DNA of 64,000 bases from a candidate division WOR-3 bacterium (GCA_037481815.1 JBBFKX010000001.1:352001-416000), one strand, 5' to 3'; positions 1 to 10,653 are shown, counted from the stretch's first letter. Notes: a model not told the origin generated them from the sequence alone. Numbers and translations: made by a program.

Positions 1-1635
1 TCTTTTCAGGAGAGCTTTTGCATGCTTTAGTGCTGTTTCGTATGATTCAGAACTTCCAAGAAGTCTTGCTATTTCTTTAACTCTTTCATCATCGTTAAGT
101 TCTTTTACCTTTATACTCTTGTCATCCTTTGAAACAAAAATATGATTGTCCGCCTTTGCTGCTATCTGTGGGAGATGAGTTATGGTGATAATCTGTTTGA
201 ATTTTGAAATGTTTTTCATAAGTTCAGCAACTTTAAAAGCTGTATCTCCACTGATTCCTACATCTATTTCATCAAATATCATGGTCATAACAGGATCGTT
301 TTTTCTCAAAAAATCTTTAATACTTAACATAATCCTTGAAATTTCTCCACCGGAAGCGATCTTTTTTAACGGTTGTCCTTCCTGATTGAATCTATTGATA
401 ATAAAAAACTCTATATCATCATAACCCATTTCGTTGAAGTTTTCCAATGAAAAATCGATTTTGATCTTAAGTTTAGTATCTTTCATATTCAAATTTTTCA
501 AACATTCATTTACATATTCCTCAAATTTTTTAGAACCTACAACTCTTTTTTTATGAAGTATCGACCCAAGTTCATCGAGTTGCTTTTTTAACTCGATCAA
601 CATATTCTCTTGAATTTTCAACTCTCCCTCAGGATCCTGCGCTATTTTTAACTTTGAAGAAATCTCTTCCTTAAATTTTATCAAACCAGGAAGATCCCTA
701 ACATATTTTCTTTTTAAACTCTCAAGCCTGTCATAAGTATTTCTCAGATTTTCAAGTTCATTCTTATCGTAAGATAAGGTTTCTCCATAATTATAAAGTT
801 CTTTATAAAGATCAGAAACATTTTCGATTATGATATCGATATTCTCTGTTATCTTTGAAATTTTTGAACTCTTATTCGAGATATCCTTAAGATTTTTTCT
901 GAGATCCGATAAAAGAAGATTTATATTTATCTCATTCTCTTCAAGCAATTTTAAAGAATAATCGATCCTCTCTTTGATGTTTTCAAAGTTTTCCATTTCT
1001 GATAGTGAATCTTTTAGTTTTACCTCATCAATTTTTTCTATATCAATTTCTTCTAACTCTTTAAGAGCAAACTCATAAAATTCTTTCTCTTTCAAAAAGG
1101 AATCAACTTGCTCTTTTAAGTGGTTGAAATTTTTTAACTGTTCGTTGTATTCTCTATATTTTGAAATAAACTCTGACAGTATTTCCTCACTATCTGAAAT
1201 TCTATCGATAATTTTGATATGATTTTCTTTTCTCAAAAGAAGTTGATGGTCGTACTGTCCATGTAAATCGAAAAGAAGTGCTCCTATTTTTTTTAGAGTC
1301 GTTGAACTTATTGCAGAATCATTCAGATAAATTGAGTGCTTACCGTTAGGTTTTATAACCTTTCTTATTATAAGTTCATCTTCAACATATATATCTATAT
1401 TTTTCAACTCTTCCGATATTTCATCAGAAATTTCGAAAACTCCAGTGATTGTAGCATCCTTATTTTTGTTACGAATTGTAACATCAATTTTTTCCCCAAC
1501 AAGATTTAAAAGCGTGTTCACAAGAACAGTTTTCCCTGCACCAGTTTCCCCTGTTATAACGTTGAAACCTTTTTTGAATTCAATTCTGTTGTCCTCAAAA
1601 AAAAGAAGGTTTTCTATAATAAGTTCCCTTATCAT
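1..1635 (-). CDS. recN: DNA repair protein RecN (3' end runs off the window)
   Basis: Not in the ORF track. Manual translation from ATG 1635 gives MIRELIIENLLFFEDNRIEFKKGFNVITGETGAGKT (Walker A). The C-terminus has SGGE, IFDEIDVGISG, ITHLPQIAA and EIARLLG. ATGA overlap with nadK, the usual neighbour. Confidence 0.95.
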   Translation of the reverse strand, partial: MIRELIIENLLFFEDNRIEFKKGFNVITGETGAGKTVLVNTLLNLVGEKIDVTIRNKNKDATITGVFEISDEISEELKNIDIYVEDELIIRKVIKPNGKHSIYLNDSAISSTTLKKIGALLFDLHGQYDHQLLLRKENHIKIIDRISDSEEILSEFISKYREYNEQLKNFNHLKEQVDSFLKEKEFYEFALKELEEIDIEKIDEVKLKDSLSEMENFENIKERIDYSLKLLEENEININLLLSDLRKNLKDISNKSSKISKITENIDIIIENVSDLYKELYNYGETLSYDKNELENLRNTYDRLESLKRKYVRDLPGLIKFKEEISSKLKIAQDPEGELKIQENMLIELKKQLDELGSILHKKRVVGSKKFEEYVNECLKNLNMKDTKLKIKIDFSLENFNEMGYDDIEFFIINRFNQEGQPLKKIASGGEISRIMLSIKDFLRKNDPVMTMIFDEIDVGISGDTAFKVAELMKNISKFKQIITITHLPQIAAKADNHIFVSKDDKSIKVKELNDDERVKEIARLLGSSESYETALKHAKALLKR

Positions 1636-2444
1636 ATTCTCGGATCCTTTCCAAGATGGAATTTTTCTTTCAAAATATCAAAAAGGTCAAAATCTTCAAA
1701 TTTGATGATTTTTATTTTTTCTGAATAGTTTGAAAGAATAACCTTCTGATTTTCAGAAATTTTTAATACTTTTTGAGAATCAGCAGAGATTATAGCATTT
1801 TTGGAAATTGGGATAAGAGTTATTTTGGATGAACTCTTTACGATTATCGGTCTTTGAACCAGTAAATGTGGACATATGGGTGTTATGATGAATGCATCTA
1901 TATCAGGATACACGATAGGGCCACCAGCAGCGAGAGAATATGCTGTTGAACCAAGTGGAGTTGAAACTATAACACCATCCGCAGAGATTGTGGAGATCTC
2001 CTTATCATCAACAAGAACTTTTATTTTAATCATCCGATGAATATCCTCTGATTTCATAACAATATCGTTAAGACCGGTAAGAAAAATACCTCTAATTTTC
2101 GTAGATAGAAGGTTACATAACTGTAAATAATAGTTTTTATTTTTCACCATATCAAGTCGCTTTTCAAGTTCATTCTCTCGTATATTTGAAAGGAATCCGA
2201 GCGAACCAAGGTTAACTCCCATTATTGGAAGGGAATATGGAACAGCCATTTTTGCTGCAGAAAGCATCGTTCCATCTCCACCGAAGGAAATTACAAAAGA
2301 ATCTTTGAGTTTACCTTTAAAAATTTTTAAAGTTTCAATAGGATAAACATCAACCCTATTATGGTTACACCATCTTTTTAATCTATCGAGTGCCTGCGCA
2401 CATCCCCTCTTTTCCTCATTTAAAAAATAGAATATCCTTTTCAT
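1632..2444 (-). CDS. nadK: NAD(+) kinase
   Basis: GGDGTML, GVNLGSLGFL, ND and DGVIVSTPLGSTAYSLAAGGP motifs. Confidence 0.95.
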   Translation of the reverse strand: MKRIFYFLNEEKRGCAQALDRLKRWCNHNRVDVYPIETLKIFKGKLKDSFVISFGGDGTMLSAAKMAVPYSLPIMGVNLGSLGFLSNIRENELEKRLDMVKNKNYYLQLCNLLSTKIRGIFLTGLNDIVMKSEDIHRMIKIKVLVDDKEISTISADGVIVSTPLGSTAYSLAAGGPIVYPDIDAFIITPICPHLLVQRPIIVKSSSKITLIPISKNAIISADSQKVLKISENQKVILSNYSEKIKIIKFEDFDLFDILKEKFHLGKDPRI

Positions 2445-3316
2445 AGTTTTTTAAAAAATATCACTCTCTTTATTCCCGAAAGATCTTTTAGAAATTTTAT
2501 ATCTTTATATTTTCTGGTCTCTTTTACCAACTTTTCAACCTGTTCACTCTGGTCATATCCAATCTCTATAAGACAGACACCATCCTTTTTAAGATATTTA
2601 TATGCGGAATTCACAATCGTTCTGATGATTTGCAGTCCATCATTTCCACCATCAAGTGAGACGAGAGGTTCATAAAACCTTATCTCTTCTGGAAGTTTCA
2701 AAATAACTGCTGATGGAATATAGGGAGGATTTGAAAGGATCATATCATATTTAAAACTGCTGTTTAAAGAAGAAAATCCATTCGATTGAATGAAAATTAT
2801 GTCCTTATCAACCCCATTTATTTTAGCATTCTCTTTCGCGATAAGTAATGCTCCTCTTGAAAGATCTATAGCATAATATTTTAGATTTGGAGAATATTTT
2901 GCAAGTGAAACTATTATGTTTCCACTTCCCGTTCCAAAATCCAGAATCCTGTAGTTTGAATCTTTTTTATTTTCAAGAGAATATTTTATAGCGAATTCAA
3001 CAAGAGTTTCAGTATCAGGGCGAGGGATCAACACATTTTTGTTGACTTTAAAAGTAAGACCCATAAATTCAGTTTTACCGATAATGTATTGGACAGGTTC
3101 TTTTTTAATTCTTCTCCTTATAAGTGATCTAAAAAGATTCTGTTCGATTTTTGTTAAACTTTTGTTATAATTTTCATAAAGATATATCCTATCCCCATTC
3201 ATACAATGGGACATTATGAGTTCAGCGTTCAGTTTTGCTTCCTTTATTTTATGCTTTTTTAAAATGAGAATCGATTCTGTTATCAGATCTTTAGGAGTGA
3301 CATTAACCTTTCTCAT
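2441..3316 (-). CDS. prmC: Release factor glutamine methyltransferase
   Basis: EPVQYIIG, VLIPRPDTE, DFGTGSG and NPPY motifs; next to prfA. Confidence 0.95.
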   Translation of the reverse strand: MRKVNVTPKDLITESILILKKHKIKEAKLNAELIMSHCMNGDRIYLYENYNKSLTKIEQNLFRSLIRRRIKKEPVQYIIGKTEFMGLTFKVNKNVLIPRPDTETLVEFAIKYSLENKKDSNYRILDFGTGSGNIIVSLAKYSPNLKYYAIDLSRGALLIAKENAKINGVDKDIIFIQSNGFSSLNSSFKYDMILSNPPYIPSAVILKLPEEIRFYEPLVSLDGGNDGLQIIRTIVNSAYKYLKKDGVCLIEIGYDQSEQVEKLVKETRKYKDIKFLKDLSGIKRVIFFKKL

Positions 3317-4382
3317 AAAACTCCTGTAATTTAATCCTCATATCCTCATCCTTTAAAGGTTGAATCAGAAGATCAAGGTTACCATCGAGTATCTCTTCCA
3401 ATCTGTATAGGGTTAAATTTATTCGGTGATCTGTTACCCTTCTTTCAGGAAAGTTGTATGTTCTTATCCTTTCTGATCTATCACCAGTTCCAACAAGATT
3501 TTTTCTATTCTGAGAAATCTTTTCCTGCTGTTCTTTCAGAATCTTTTCATACAATCGTGCTTTAAGAATCCTCATCGCTTTTTCTCTGTTTTTATGTTGA
3601 CTCCTTTCATCCTGACACACAACAACAGTGTTTGTTGGCAGATGTGTAATTCTAACAGCCGTAGCAACTTTGTTAACATTCTGTCCACCAGCACCTGACG
3701 AATGGAATATATCGATTCTGAGATCCTTTTCGTTTATTTCAAGTTCAACATCCTCTACCTCAGGAAGAACAGCTACCGTTACAGCGGATGTGTGAATTCT
3801 GCCATTTGCCTCTGTTTCAGGGATTCTTTGTACTCGATGCACACCACTCTCGAATTTAAAATTACCATAAGCATTTTTTCCTTTTAATGCAAATATCATC
3901 TCTTTATAACCACCCAGTTCTGTCGGATGAAAATCTATATGTTCAAATACATATCCTTTACTCTCAGCATATCTTTTGTACATCCTGTAAAGATCAGCAA
4001 CAAAAAGTGCCGCTTCCTCTCCTCCGGTTCCCGCTCTTATCTCAAAGATAATATTTTTTTCGTCCTCAGGATCTTTTGGTAACAGAAGAACTTTGAGTTC
4101 CTCTTCTAATTTATTTATCTTTTCATTTATTTCTCTAATTTCCTGATTTATCAACTCTTTCATTTCAATATCTTTTTCCTGTTTTAAAAGTTGTAAATTT
4201 TCCTCAAGTTGTTCAAGAGTTTTATAATATTCGTTAGTTTTCTGAACAAGCGCTCCCATCTCAGAATACCTTTTTGAAATCTCTTTATATTTTTTGTTAT
4301 CTGAAACTATCGAAGGATCGGAAAGCATATTTTCCATTTCTTTATATTCTTTTAACTTTACCTCTAACGCTTCTTTAAGCAT
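3303..4382 (-). CDS. prfA: Peptide chain release factor 1
   Basis: GTGGEEA, PxT (PET), GAGGQNVNK and RTYNFP. Start placed at ATG 4382 behind AAGGAG. Confidence 0.97.
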   Translation of the reverse strand: MLKEALEVKLKEYKEMENMLSDPSIVSDNKKYKEISKRYSEMGALVQKTNEYYKTLEQLEENLQLLKQEKDIEMKELINQEIREINEKINKLEEELKVLLLPKDPEDEKNIIFEIRAGTGGEEAALFVADLYRMYKRYAESKGYVFEHIDFHPTELGGYKEMIFALKGKNAYGNFKFESGVHRVQRIPETEANGRIHTSAVTVAVLPEVEDVELEINEKDLRIDIFHSSGAGGQNVNKVATAVRITHLPTNTVVVCQDERSQHKNREKAMRILKARLYEKILKEQQEKISQNRKNLVGTGDRSERIRTYNFPERRVTDHRINLTLYRLEEILDGNLDLLIQPLKDEDMRIKLQEFYEKG

Positions 4383-4384
4383 TC

Positions 4385-5296
4385 TCACTCCTTAAGGTCA
4401 TATTTTAAAGATTCTTTTAAAGAAATTATTGATACCTCTAACATGTCATCTGTTGGTTCTTTCGTTGTAATATATTGGAAAAGTAAACCAGGGAATATGA
4501 GAATTTTAACGAAAACGTTGTTCGAAAATTTCTCTGCAAGAAAAAGCAGTTCGTAAGAGATCGTTGCAACAATTGGTAAAAAGATAATATGATTAAGAAA
4601 CCTGTTTACAGGAGAATTTGTTATTTTAAAAATAGAAAACACAAAAGTATCTACTATAGAGTAAAAAATTATTGCAAATGCAAGAGTTATAAACAAAAAA
4701 CTTGTTCCACAACGGGGATGTTTTGTTGAATATTTTTTCGCGTTCTCAACTGTCAAATCATCACCATTTTCATATGCAAAAACAGTTTTATGTTCAGCTC
4801 CATGGTACATAAAAATTCTTTTTATATCTTTTATCTGAGATATCGATATCAGATAAACGATAAAAAAGATAAATCTTACAGAACCTATTAAAATGTTAAA
4901 GTAAAATTGATTGTTGATTTTCAACAGTTGAACTATTTGAATTGGTATATAGAGAAACACAAAAAACCCAATTAAAGTTGCAATAAAAAAAGCAAAAAAA
5001 GTTTCAAAAAAATTTTTTATACTTTTATTTTCCTGAACTTTTGTGTCGTAATAGATATCAGCACTTCTGTTTAAACTATCAAAACCGATTTTTAAGGTTT
5101 CAACGAAAGTTATGATTCCCCTCACTGGGAAAAAATTTAAATATCTGTTCTTTTTAACAGTTTTCTGGAAAGGTTTTGATTCTGTTATTATACTCCCATC
5201 CTTTTTCCTCACACTCAAAGCATAGCCATTTTCTGACATCATCAAAACACCTTCAATGAGTGCCTGTCCTCCAGCTTTTCTTTTTTTATTCTCCAT
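4385..5296 (-). CDS. DUF1385 family membrane protein
   Basis: GGQALIEGV, YHGAEHK, HPRCGTSF and TTKEP motifs; typical prfA neighbour. Confidence 0.9.
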   Translation of the reverse strand: MENKKRKAGGQALIEGVLMMSENGYALSVRKKDGSIITESKPFQKTVKKNRYLNFFPVRGIITFVETLKIGFDSLNRSADIYYDTKVQENKSIKNFFETFFAFFIATLIGFFVFLYIPIQIVQLLKINNQFYFNILIGSVRFIFFIVYLISISQIKDIKRIFMYHGAEHKTVFAYENGDDLTVENAKKYSTKHPRCGTSFLFITLAFAIIFYSIVDTFVFSIFKITNSPVNRFLNHIIFLPIVATISYELLFLAEKFSNNVFVKILIFPGLLFQYITTKEPTDDMLEVSIISLKESLKYDLKE

Positions 5297-5927
5297 ATTT
5301 CTCCTTTAAGGAAACATATTTCAGATATTCTTCGAGATTTGTTAAATTGGTGATAATTATTTTATCGTTATAAATTTTTATCAGATTTGACTTTTCAAGA
5401 TTTTCAATCAACCTCTTTAACTTATCGACGCCCATTCCCACAATTGGTGCAATGTTTTCATATCTAAAATCTATATTAATAAGATAACTCCCATCCTGTT
5501 GTTTTATTCCTTCATCCTGCGCTTTCATTATCAAAAAAGCGATCAATCTCTTTTCGTCTCCTTTTATCATCAAAAATTTTATCTGTTCATCAGCCCTTCT
5601 TAATCTTTTTGACAATTCAGTTATTATGTATTCGATCAAAGGCTCTTCGCCTATTTTTTTTCTAAAAGCAACTTTGTCAAAAGTTATCAGTTCAGTATCC
5701 CCTTCTGCTATCGCTGTAGCAGATCTTGGACTACCATCGATCAATGCCATCTCTCCAAAAAAATCTCCCTCTGATAGCACTGCAAGAACTTTCATCTCAT
5801 CTCCAATTTTCTGAACAATTTTTATCTTTCCAGATTTTATCAAATACATCTCATCACCAACCTCACCTTCTCTAAAAAGAACCTCACCGTCTTTTAAAAC
5901 TTTTTCAATTTTGCTGTTCTCTCCCAT
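5286..5927 (-). CDS. Crp/Fnr family cNMP-binding transcriptional regulator
   Basis: FREGE..., FFGEMALIDGSPRSATA cNMP pocket, C-terminal HTH-like region. Confidence 0.85.
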   Translation of the reverse strand: MGENSKIEKVLKDGEVLFREGEVGDEMYLIKSGKIKIVQKIGDEMKVLAVLSEGDFFGEMALIDGSPRSATAIAEGDTELITFDKVAFRKKIGEEPLIEYIITELSKRLRRADEQIKFLMIKGDEKRLIAFLIMKAQDEGIKQQDGSYLINIDFRYENIAPIVGMGVDKLKRLIENLEKSNLIKIYNDKIIITNLTNLEEYLKYVSLKEKYGE

Positions 5928-5938
5928 AAAATCTCCTT

Positions 5939-6745
5939 TTATATTTTTAAAATTTTTGGTAATTCTCTTTTGAATCGATTTTTTTCAAAACTTGAAAGAA
6001 CTTTTAATATTTTTTCCTTCTCTATACCCAGCTTTTCGATTTTTTTTAAAGTATACTTTTTGTCAAAATACAGATAAGATATAATATCGACCGTTTTGTA
6101 ATCTATTCCCATCTCACCTTCATCTGTCTGTCCAACCCAGAGGTCAGCAGAAGGTTTTTTCAAAATTATCCTTTCAGGTATATTTAAAAATTTGGCAAAT
6201 TCAAAGATCTGTGTTTTAAAAAGTTTTCCAATGGGATTGATTGAACAGGCAAGATCTCCAAAAATAGTTCCATAACCCATTATAATCTCTGATCTGTTAC
6301 TTGTTCCGATCACAAGTGCTTTATACTTGAGAGCTCTATCGAAAAGCACTGACATCCTTTCCCTTGCACATTTGTTTCCAATTCTCAATTTCAACATATA
6401 ATCATCTGGTTTTTCTTTTTCACTGTTAAAATACGCATCGATTTGAGGTGTTATGTCTACGGTTTCATATTTGATACCAAATTTTTTTGTTAAAATTTCA
6501 ACGTCCTCATAAGAAGTTTTGGAAGTTGTTCTATAAGGCATAAAAATGGGTTTTATATTTTTTCTATCAAAAGTTTCTACAAGGATCGCAAGAACAACTG
6601 AAGAATCAATCCCTCCTGAAAGGCCTATCACACTGTTTTCAAAATTTCTTTTCTTAAATTCCTTTCTTAGTCCCTTTACAATTTTTTCTAAAATTTCTTC
6701 CCAGCTTTTTGTAATTATCTCTTTTAAAATTTTTTCTTTATCCAT
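5939..6745 (-). CDS. nadE: NH3-dependent NAD(+) synthetase
   Basis: GLSGGIDS, GN..ARERM, GYGTIFGD and KPSADLW motifs; no glutaminase domain. Confidence 0.95.
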   Translation of the reverse strand: MDKEKILKEIITKSWEEILEKIVKGLRKEFKKRNFENSVIGLSGGIDSSVVLAILVETFDRKNIKPIFMPYRTTSKTSYEDVEILTKKFGIKYETVDITPQIDAYFNSEKEKPDDYMLKLRIGNKCARERMSVLFDRALKYKALVIGTSNRSEIIMGYGTIFGDLACSINPIGKLFKTQIFEFAKFLNIPERIILKKPSADLWVGQTDEGEMGIDYKTVDIISYLYFDKKYTLKKIEKLGIEKEKILKVLSSFEKNRFKRELPKILKI

Positions 6746-6753
6746 AGTTTTTT

Positions 6754-6781
6754 ATTTTAAATCATTAAAAATTTTAGTCAA
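6754..6781 (-). promoter_or_regulatory. Putative sigma70 promoter of nadE (TTGACT-N16-TAAAAT, ATG 8 nt downstream, no SD)
   Basis: Near-consensus hexamers in the 50-bp intergenic gap. Confidence 0.55.
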
Positions 6782-6795
6782 TATTAAGTTCAATT

Positions 6796-7617
6796 TTAAG
6801 GTTTTGAATTGAGAAAAACTACACCGAATAAAAGTAAAATAAAAATAACATACTGTTTAAAAGGTGGTCTCATTCTCCAAAAGATTATATCAGAAAAAAT
6901 ACCTCCCAACACAACTCCTCCACCAAGAAACGGATACGCAATAGATGCGGGAATACATTTTAAAGATTTAAGAAAAAAGAACGACATGAACTGGTTAGGG
7001 ATTCCTATAATGAACCCATAAAGTATGTTTTTAAAACTAATTTTTTCTTTTACGATAAGAAAAAAAATAAAATTAGCAATAAATGCTGACAAAAAAAGAA
7101 TAGATAAAAAAAAGGAGTTATCATTTTTGCCATAAACATCAAAAAATTTAAGACCTGATTCTGATATACCTGTATTAAAAAATAATAGAAATAATAAAAA
7201 TATGTTTATTTTATTTTTTAACTTTCCGATCATAAGGAGTGCAAGAATGATAAAAAGTGTTCCTAATAGCAAATTGATAGTCAATCTTTCTTTAAAAAGA
7301 AAAATTGAGAGAAATAATGGGATAATAAGAGAAACTCTCATAATGGATATCGATAAAGATATACCATTTTCTTTCACATTTTCATTGTAAATTAAAAAAT
7401 TTATAAAATAAAGCACTCCAACAATGACAGCAAGTATTATATCGATAAAATTTACAGTAATTATAAAAAAATTTGATTGAATAGTACTTATACAGGTTGC
7501 TATAAAATAGTTTGAAAGAAGTGTTGAAAGTATTGAAAATTCTTTATCTTTTTGAAAGAGTTTTAATAGATTCCCTATCGTTACAGATGAAACAATGCTT
7601 AAAATTAAAAAGAACAT
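6796..7617 (-). CDS. DMT/EamA-like membrane transporter
   Basis: About 10 hydrophobic helices in two repeats; LSIFLFKERLT and IPASIAYP motifs. Confidence 0.7.
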   Translation of the reverse strand: MFFLILSIVSSVTIGNLLKLFQKDKEFSILSTLLSNYFIATCISTIQSNFFIITVNFIDIILAVIVGVLYFINFLIYNENVKENGISLSISIMRVSLIIPLFLSIFLFKERLTINLLLGTLFIILALLMIGKLKNKINIFLLFLLFFNTGISESGLKFFDVYGKNDNSFFLSILFLSAFIANFIFFLIVKEKISFKNILYGFIIGIPNQFMSFFFLKSLKCIPASIAYPFLGGGVVLGGIFSDIIFWRMRPPFKQYVIFILLLFGVVFLNSKP

Positions 7618-7619
7618 TT

Positions 7620-8225
7620 TTAAAACAGTTTTTCAATCCTTACCTTTAAACTTTCAAATTCTTCTTTTTTAAAACCCTTTTTTATTTTTTCGAAAATCTC
7701 TTCAATATTTTTTTCAATTTCCGGTTTTATTTTCTCATATTTTTCTTCACCTTTATCTTTGAGTTCATTCAATTTTAGATTCAAATATTCAATCAACTCT
7801 TTAATCCTTTCATCAGATTTCAAAGAATCTATTTTTTCATTTAATCTCAATGAAAAAAGTTTTAAATAGTAATCGAGTTCATTTCCACCTTTAAAAATCT
7901 TTTCCTCATCAAAATTGTTGAAACCTTTTGAAGGATCATCAAGAACAACAATCTTCGCATCAGAGTCGGAGTCGATCAGATAAAAATAAGGATTATAATT
8001 TAAAATTTCCTCTTTTTCAGTTATTTTTATATGAACAAGATAATTTGAATCAAGTGACTCAATCTTATAGACAAAGCCAACAGAATCATTTTCAAAAATA
8101 ACAGGTGATTTTGGTTTTAAATTCCCAATCCTGTTGAAACTTACCTTTATATCGTTGTTTGAACAACCAAAAATTATAAAAAGTAACATTGACAACAGAA
8201 TGAATCTATAAATTCTTTTCATCAT
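7620..8225 (-). CDS. Lipoprotein with MlaD/MCE-like domain
   Basis: Lipobox IIFGC; FNRIGNLKPKSPV...VGFVYKI resembles the MCE N-terminus; helical tail; start likely ATG 8225. Confidence 0.5.
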   Translation of the reverse strand: MMKRIYRFILLSMLLFIIFGCSNNDIKVSFNRIGNLKPKSPVIFENDSVGFVYKIESLDSNYLVHIKITEKEEILNYNPYFYLIDSDSDAKIVVLDDPSKGFNNFDEEKIFKGGNELDYYLKLFSLRLNEKIDSLKSDERIKELIEYLNLKLNELKDKGEEKYEKIKPEIEKNIEEIFEKIKKGFKKEEFESLKVRIEKLF

Positions 8226-9216
8226 TTTCGCCCTCTTCCTTTTCAAAACTCAAAATGTTTTTAAAACTTTTTTCAGTTTTCGAAAAAGATTTCTGCAATG
8301 TTTCATAACTTTTATTCAACTCGTTAACTTTTTTTTCAAGGTTCTGTAAATTCAAAGAATTCTCTTCTAAATTTTTACTCAACTTTTCAACATTTTTGAT
8401 AATCTCCTTTGAAATCTCAACAAATCTGTACTGTTTTAAACCTGCAAGGATAACATTCAAAAAAGCAAAAAATGTTGAAGGTCCTGCAAGAAGCACTCTT
8501 TTCTTCAAAAGGGTTTCAAAAAGATCGTTCTTTTCACCATTAGGATAAGTTTGTTGTATCGCTTCAATATAAATAGAATCTGAAGGAATAAAAATGATCG
8601 CAAAATCTGATGTTCCATCTTCGGGTTTTATATATTTTGAACTAACTGATTCTCCTATCTTTTTCAACTGATTTACAAAAATTTTAAAATAATCGTTTTT
8701 GAGTTTTTCATCTTTTTCAAAATAGTATCTTTTATAATCCTCAGATGGAAATTTCGAATCGATTGGTATCAAAAGATCCCTGTACTTTATAACCAGATCA
8801 ACTATATAACTATTTGGTAGTTTGAACTGTTCTTCATACATGTTTGAAGGTAAGATTTCAGAAACCAGTTCCTTTAAAATAACCTCTCCAAATCCCCCCC
8901 GGAGTTTTGGCCGATCGAAAAAATATTTTAAATCCTTTGAAAGTTCATTTGCAACTTTCTGGTCCTCACTAATTTTACTTAAAGAATCGGATAAATTATT
9001 GATTACTTTGAACGTTTCAAGAGCGTTTGTTGAAATGAGATCCTTTGTCCTTTCAATTTTCTCAATGTTTTGATTCAACGATTGAATTATCTGATCTTTA
9101 AAATAACTTTCATTCTCTTTTATCTTTGAAACTATCTTCAATTCAAAGAATTTAAAGAAAATAAAATTGATTATCACCAAAACAAGAACGACCAAAACGA
9201 ATAAAAAAATTTGCAT
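8206..9216 (-). CDS. rmuC: DNA recombination protein RmuC
   Basis: N-terminal TM, coiled coil, RGGFGEVIL, PIDSKFP, KYIKP..GTSDFA and GPST motifs. Confidence 0.9.
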   Translation of the reverse strand: MQIFLFVLVVLVLVIINFIFFKFFELKIVSKIKENESYFKDQIIQSLNQNIEKIERTKDLISTNALETFKVINNLSDSLSKISEDQKVANELSKDLKYFFDRPKLRGGFGEVILKELVSEILPSNMYEEQFKLPNSYIVDLVIKYRDLLIPIDSKFPSEDYKRYYFEKDEKLKNDYFKIFVNQLKKIGESVSSKYIKPEDGTSDFAIIFIPSDSIYIEAIQQTYPNGEKNDLFETLLKKRVLLAGPSTFFAFLNVILAGLKQYRFVEISKEIIKNVEKLSKNLEENSLNLQNLEKKVNELNKSYETLQKSFSKTEKSFKNILSFEKEEGENDEKNL

Positions 9217-9222
9217 AAAAAA

Positions 9223-9250
9223 ATTATAATAGATTTTTTGAAATTAACAA
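9223..9250 (-). promoter_or_regulatory. Putative leaderless promoter of rmuC (TTGTTA-N16-TATAAT-N6-ATG)
   Basis: Perfect -10 six nt before the ATG, no SD; divergent from the creatininase gene. Confidence 0.5.
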
Positions 9251-9277
9251 GTATAATAGAGAAAAAGGAGTGTTTTT

Positions 9278-10012
9278 ATGGAAAGAAGAATTGATAAACT
9301 CAACTGGAGAGATATTAAAAAACTGAAAGAAAAATGTGATATCGCTTTTCTTCCAATCGGAACCCTTGAAGCACATTCTATAACCTCAAACGGGACCGAT
9401 ACCATTATCCCCGAATATATTTGTGAAAAACTCGCTGAAAAACTAAATGGACTTATCTACCCTCCGGTTAATTATTCGATCACATCTTCACTTTTACCAT
9501 ATCCAGGGTCAGTTACATTGAGAGATGAAACTTTTGAAAACTTAATTCTTGATATCGCTTTATCGTTGAAAAAAGAAAAATTTAAATATCTGATAATCAT
9601 AAATGGACATGGTGGGAACAATAAGGTCTTATCAAATTTAAAGAAAAAAATCTTCCTGGAAACGGGAATGTTTGTATTCATTATACACTGGTGGATTATC
9701 GGATATCCTGTATGTAAAAAGGTTTTTGGAAAAGAAGGTGGACATGGTGGAGTTGATGAAACAGCGATGGTAAAAGTCATAGATGAAAAACAGGTGAATC
9801 AAAAATACATTAAAGAAAAAAACCTTTACAACATTTCAATAGAGGGATTTGAATCGATACCTTCTCCCGCATCAACAATACTTTATTCTGAAAATGGTGG
9901 GAAGATCGATCTTGATAAAACAAAATGTAAAAAATATGCAGAACTTGTGATACAGAAAATTGAAAAATTGATCAAAGATAATGTTCAAAAGATCGAAGAA
10001 CAATTTTTTTAA
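9278..10012 (+). CDS. Creatininase family amidohydrolase
   Basis: PIGTLEAH..GTD, NGHGGN and HGGVDET metal motifs; AAGGAG SD. Confidence 0.9.
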   Translation: MERRIDKLNWRDIKKLKEKCDIAFLPIGTLEAHSITSNGTDTIIPEYICEKLAEKLNGLIYPPVNYSITSSLLPYPGSVTLRDETFENLILDIALSLKKEKFKYLIIINGHGGNNKVLSNLKKKIFLETGMFVFIIHWWIIGYPVCKKVFGKEGGHGGVDETAMVKVIDEKQVNQKYIKEKNLYNISIEGFESIPSPASTILYSENGGKIDLDKTKCKKYAELVIQKIEKLIKDNVQKIEEQFF

Positions 10013-10023
10013 AATTTTTCAAT

Positions 10024-10047
10024 AAAAAAGGGGGTTATGAAACCCCC
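10024..10047 (-). terminator. Intrinsic terminator between convergent genes
   Basis: GGGGGTT-ATGA-AACCCCC hairpin; the A-tract on its left reads as a U-tract on the minus strand. Confidence 0.75.
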
Positions 10048-10074
10048 ATTGAAATTTTGTTCTTTTTAAACTTT

Positions 10075-10653
10075 TTAATTTTTTTTCGTGTTGTTAGCGA
10101 TCATTGCGATCGCTTTAAACTGCTCAGATAAAAACCTTGTTACAATTATTATCAAAAAACTGATAACAGGCATTAAAACAATGAATACAAAATTCAAACT
10201 CAAAAAATCAAGTTTCAAACTCTGCATAAAATAACTACCTTCTTCTCCTAAAATCAAAGATACAAGTAAAGAACTTAAAAAACCAACGATACCAAGCCAT
10301 GTCCCAATCCATTCACCTACTGTTTGTAAAAAATGCGAAAATATTGGAATCACAACAAAGTCGTCTCCTATTTTTGAGATTGAAACAACTTTAAACCTTC
10401 TATCCCACCACAACTGGAAACTAACCCAACTTGCAAATGTAATTATCAACCACACTGTAAGAAATATAAAAACATATTTTGCACCACCATCAAAAATTTT
10501 ATTATCGATAGCAACATAAAGAATGTATATTGGTACAATCAGATTGACCAAAGCCAAGAACGTGTAAAGCCATAAAAAAGGTTTTTTAAAAAAATCTCCA
10601 TTGTCGATGAATTTTAGATAAGGGTTTATGAAAGCGAAGAATTTATTGTTCAT
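10075..10653 (-). CDS. Hypothetical integral membrane protein (about 4 TM)
   Basis: Strong AAGGAGGTG SD, hydrophobic helices, own terminator. Confidence 0.7.
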   Translation of the reverse strand: MNNKFFAFINPYLKFIDNGDFFKKPFLWLYTFLALVNLIVPIYILYVAIDNKIFDGGAKYVFIFLTVWLIITFASWVSFQLWWDRRFKVVSISKIGDDFVVIPIFSHFLQTVGEWIGTWLGIVGFLSSLLVSLILGEEGSYFMQSLKLDFLSLNFVFIVLMPVISFLIIIVTRFLSEQFKAIAMIANNTKKN

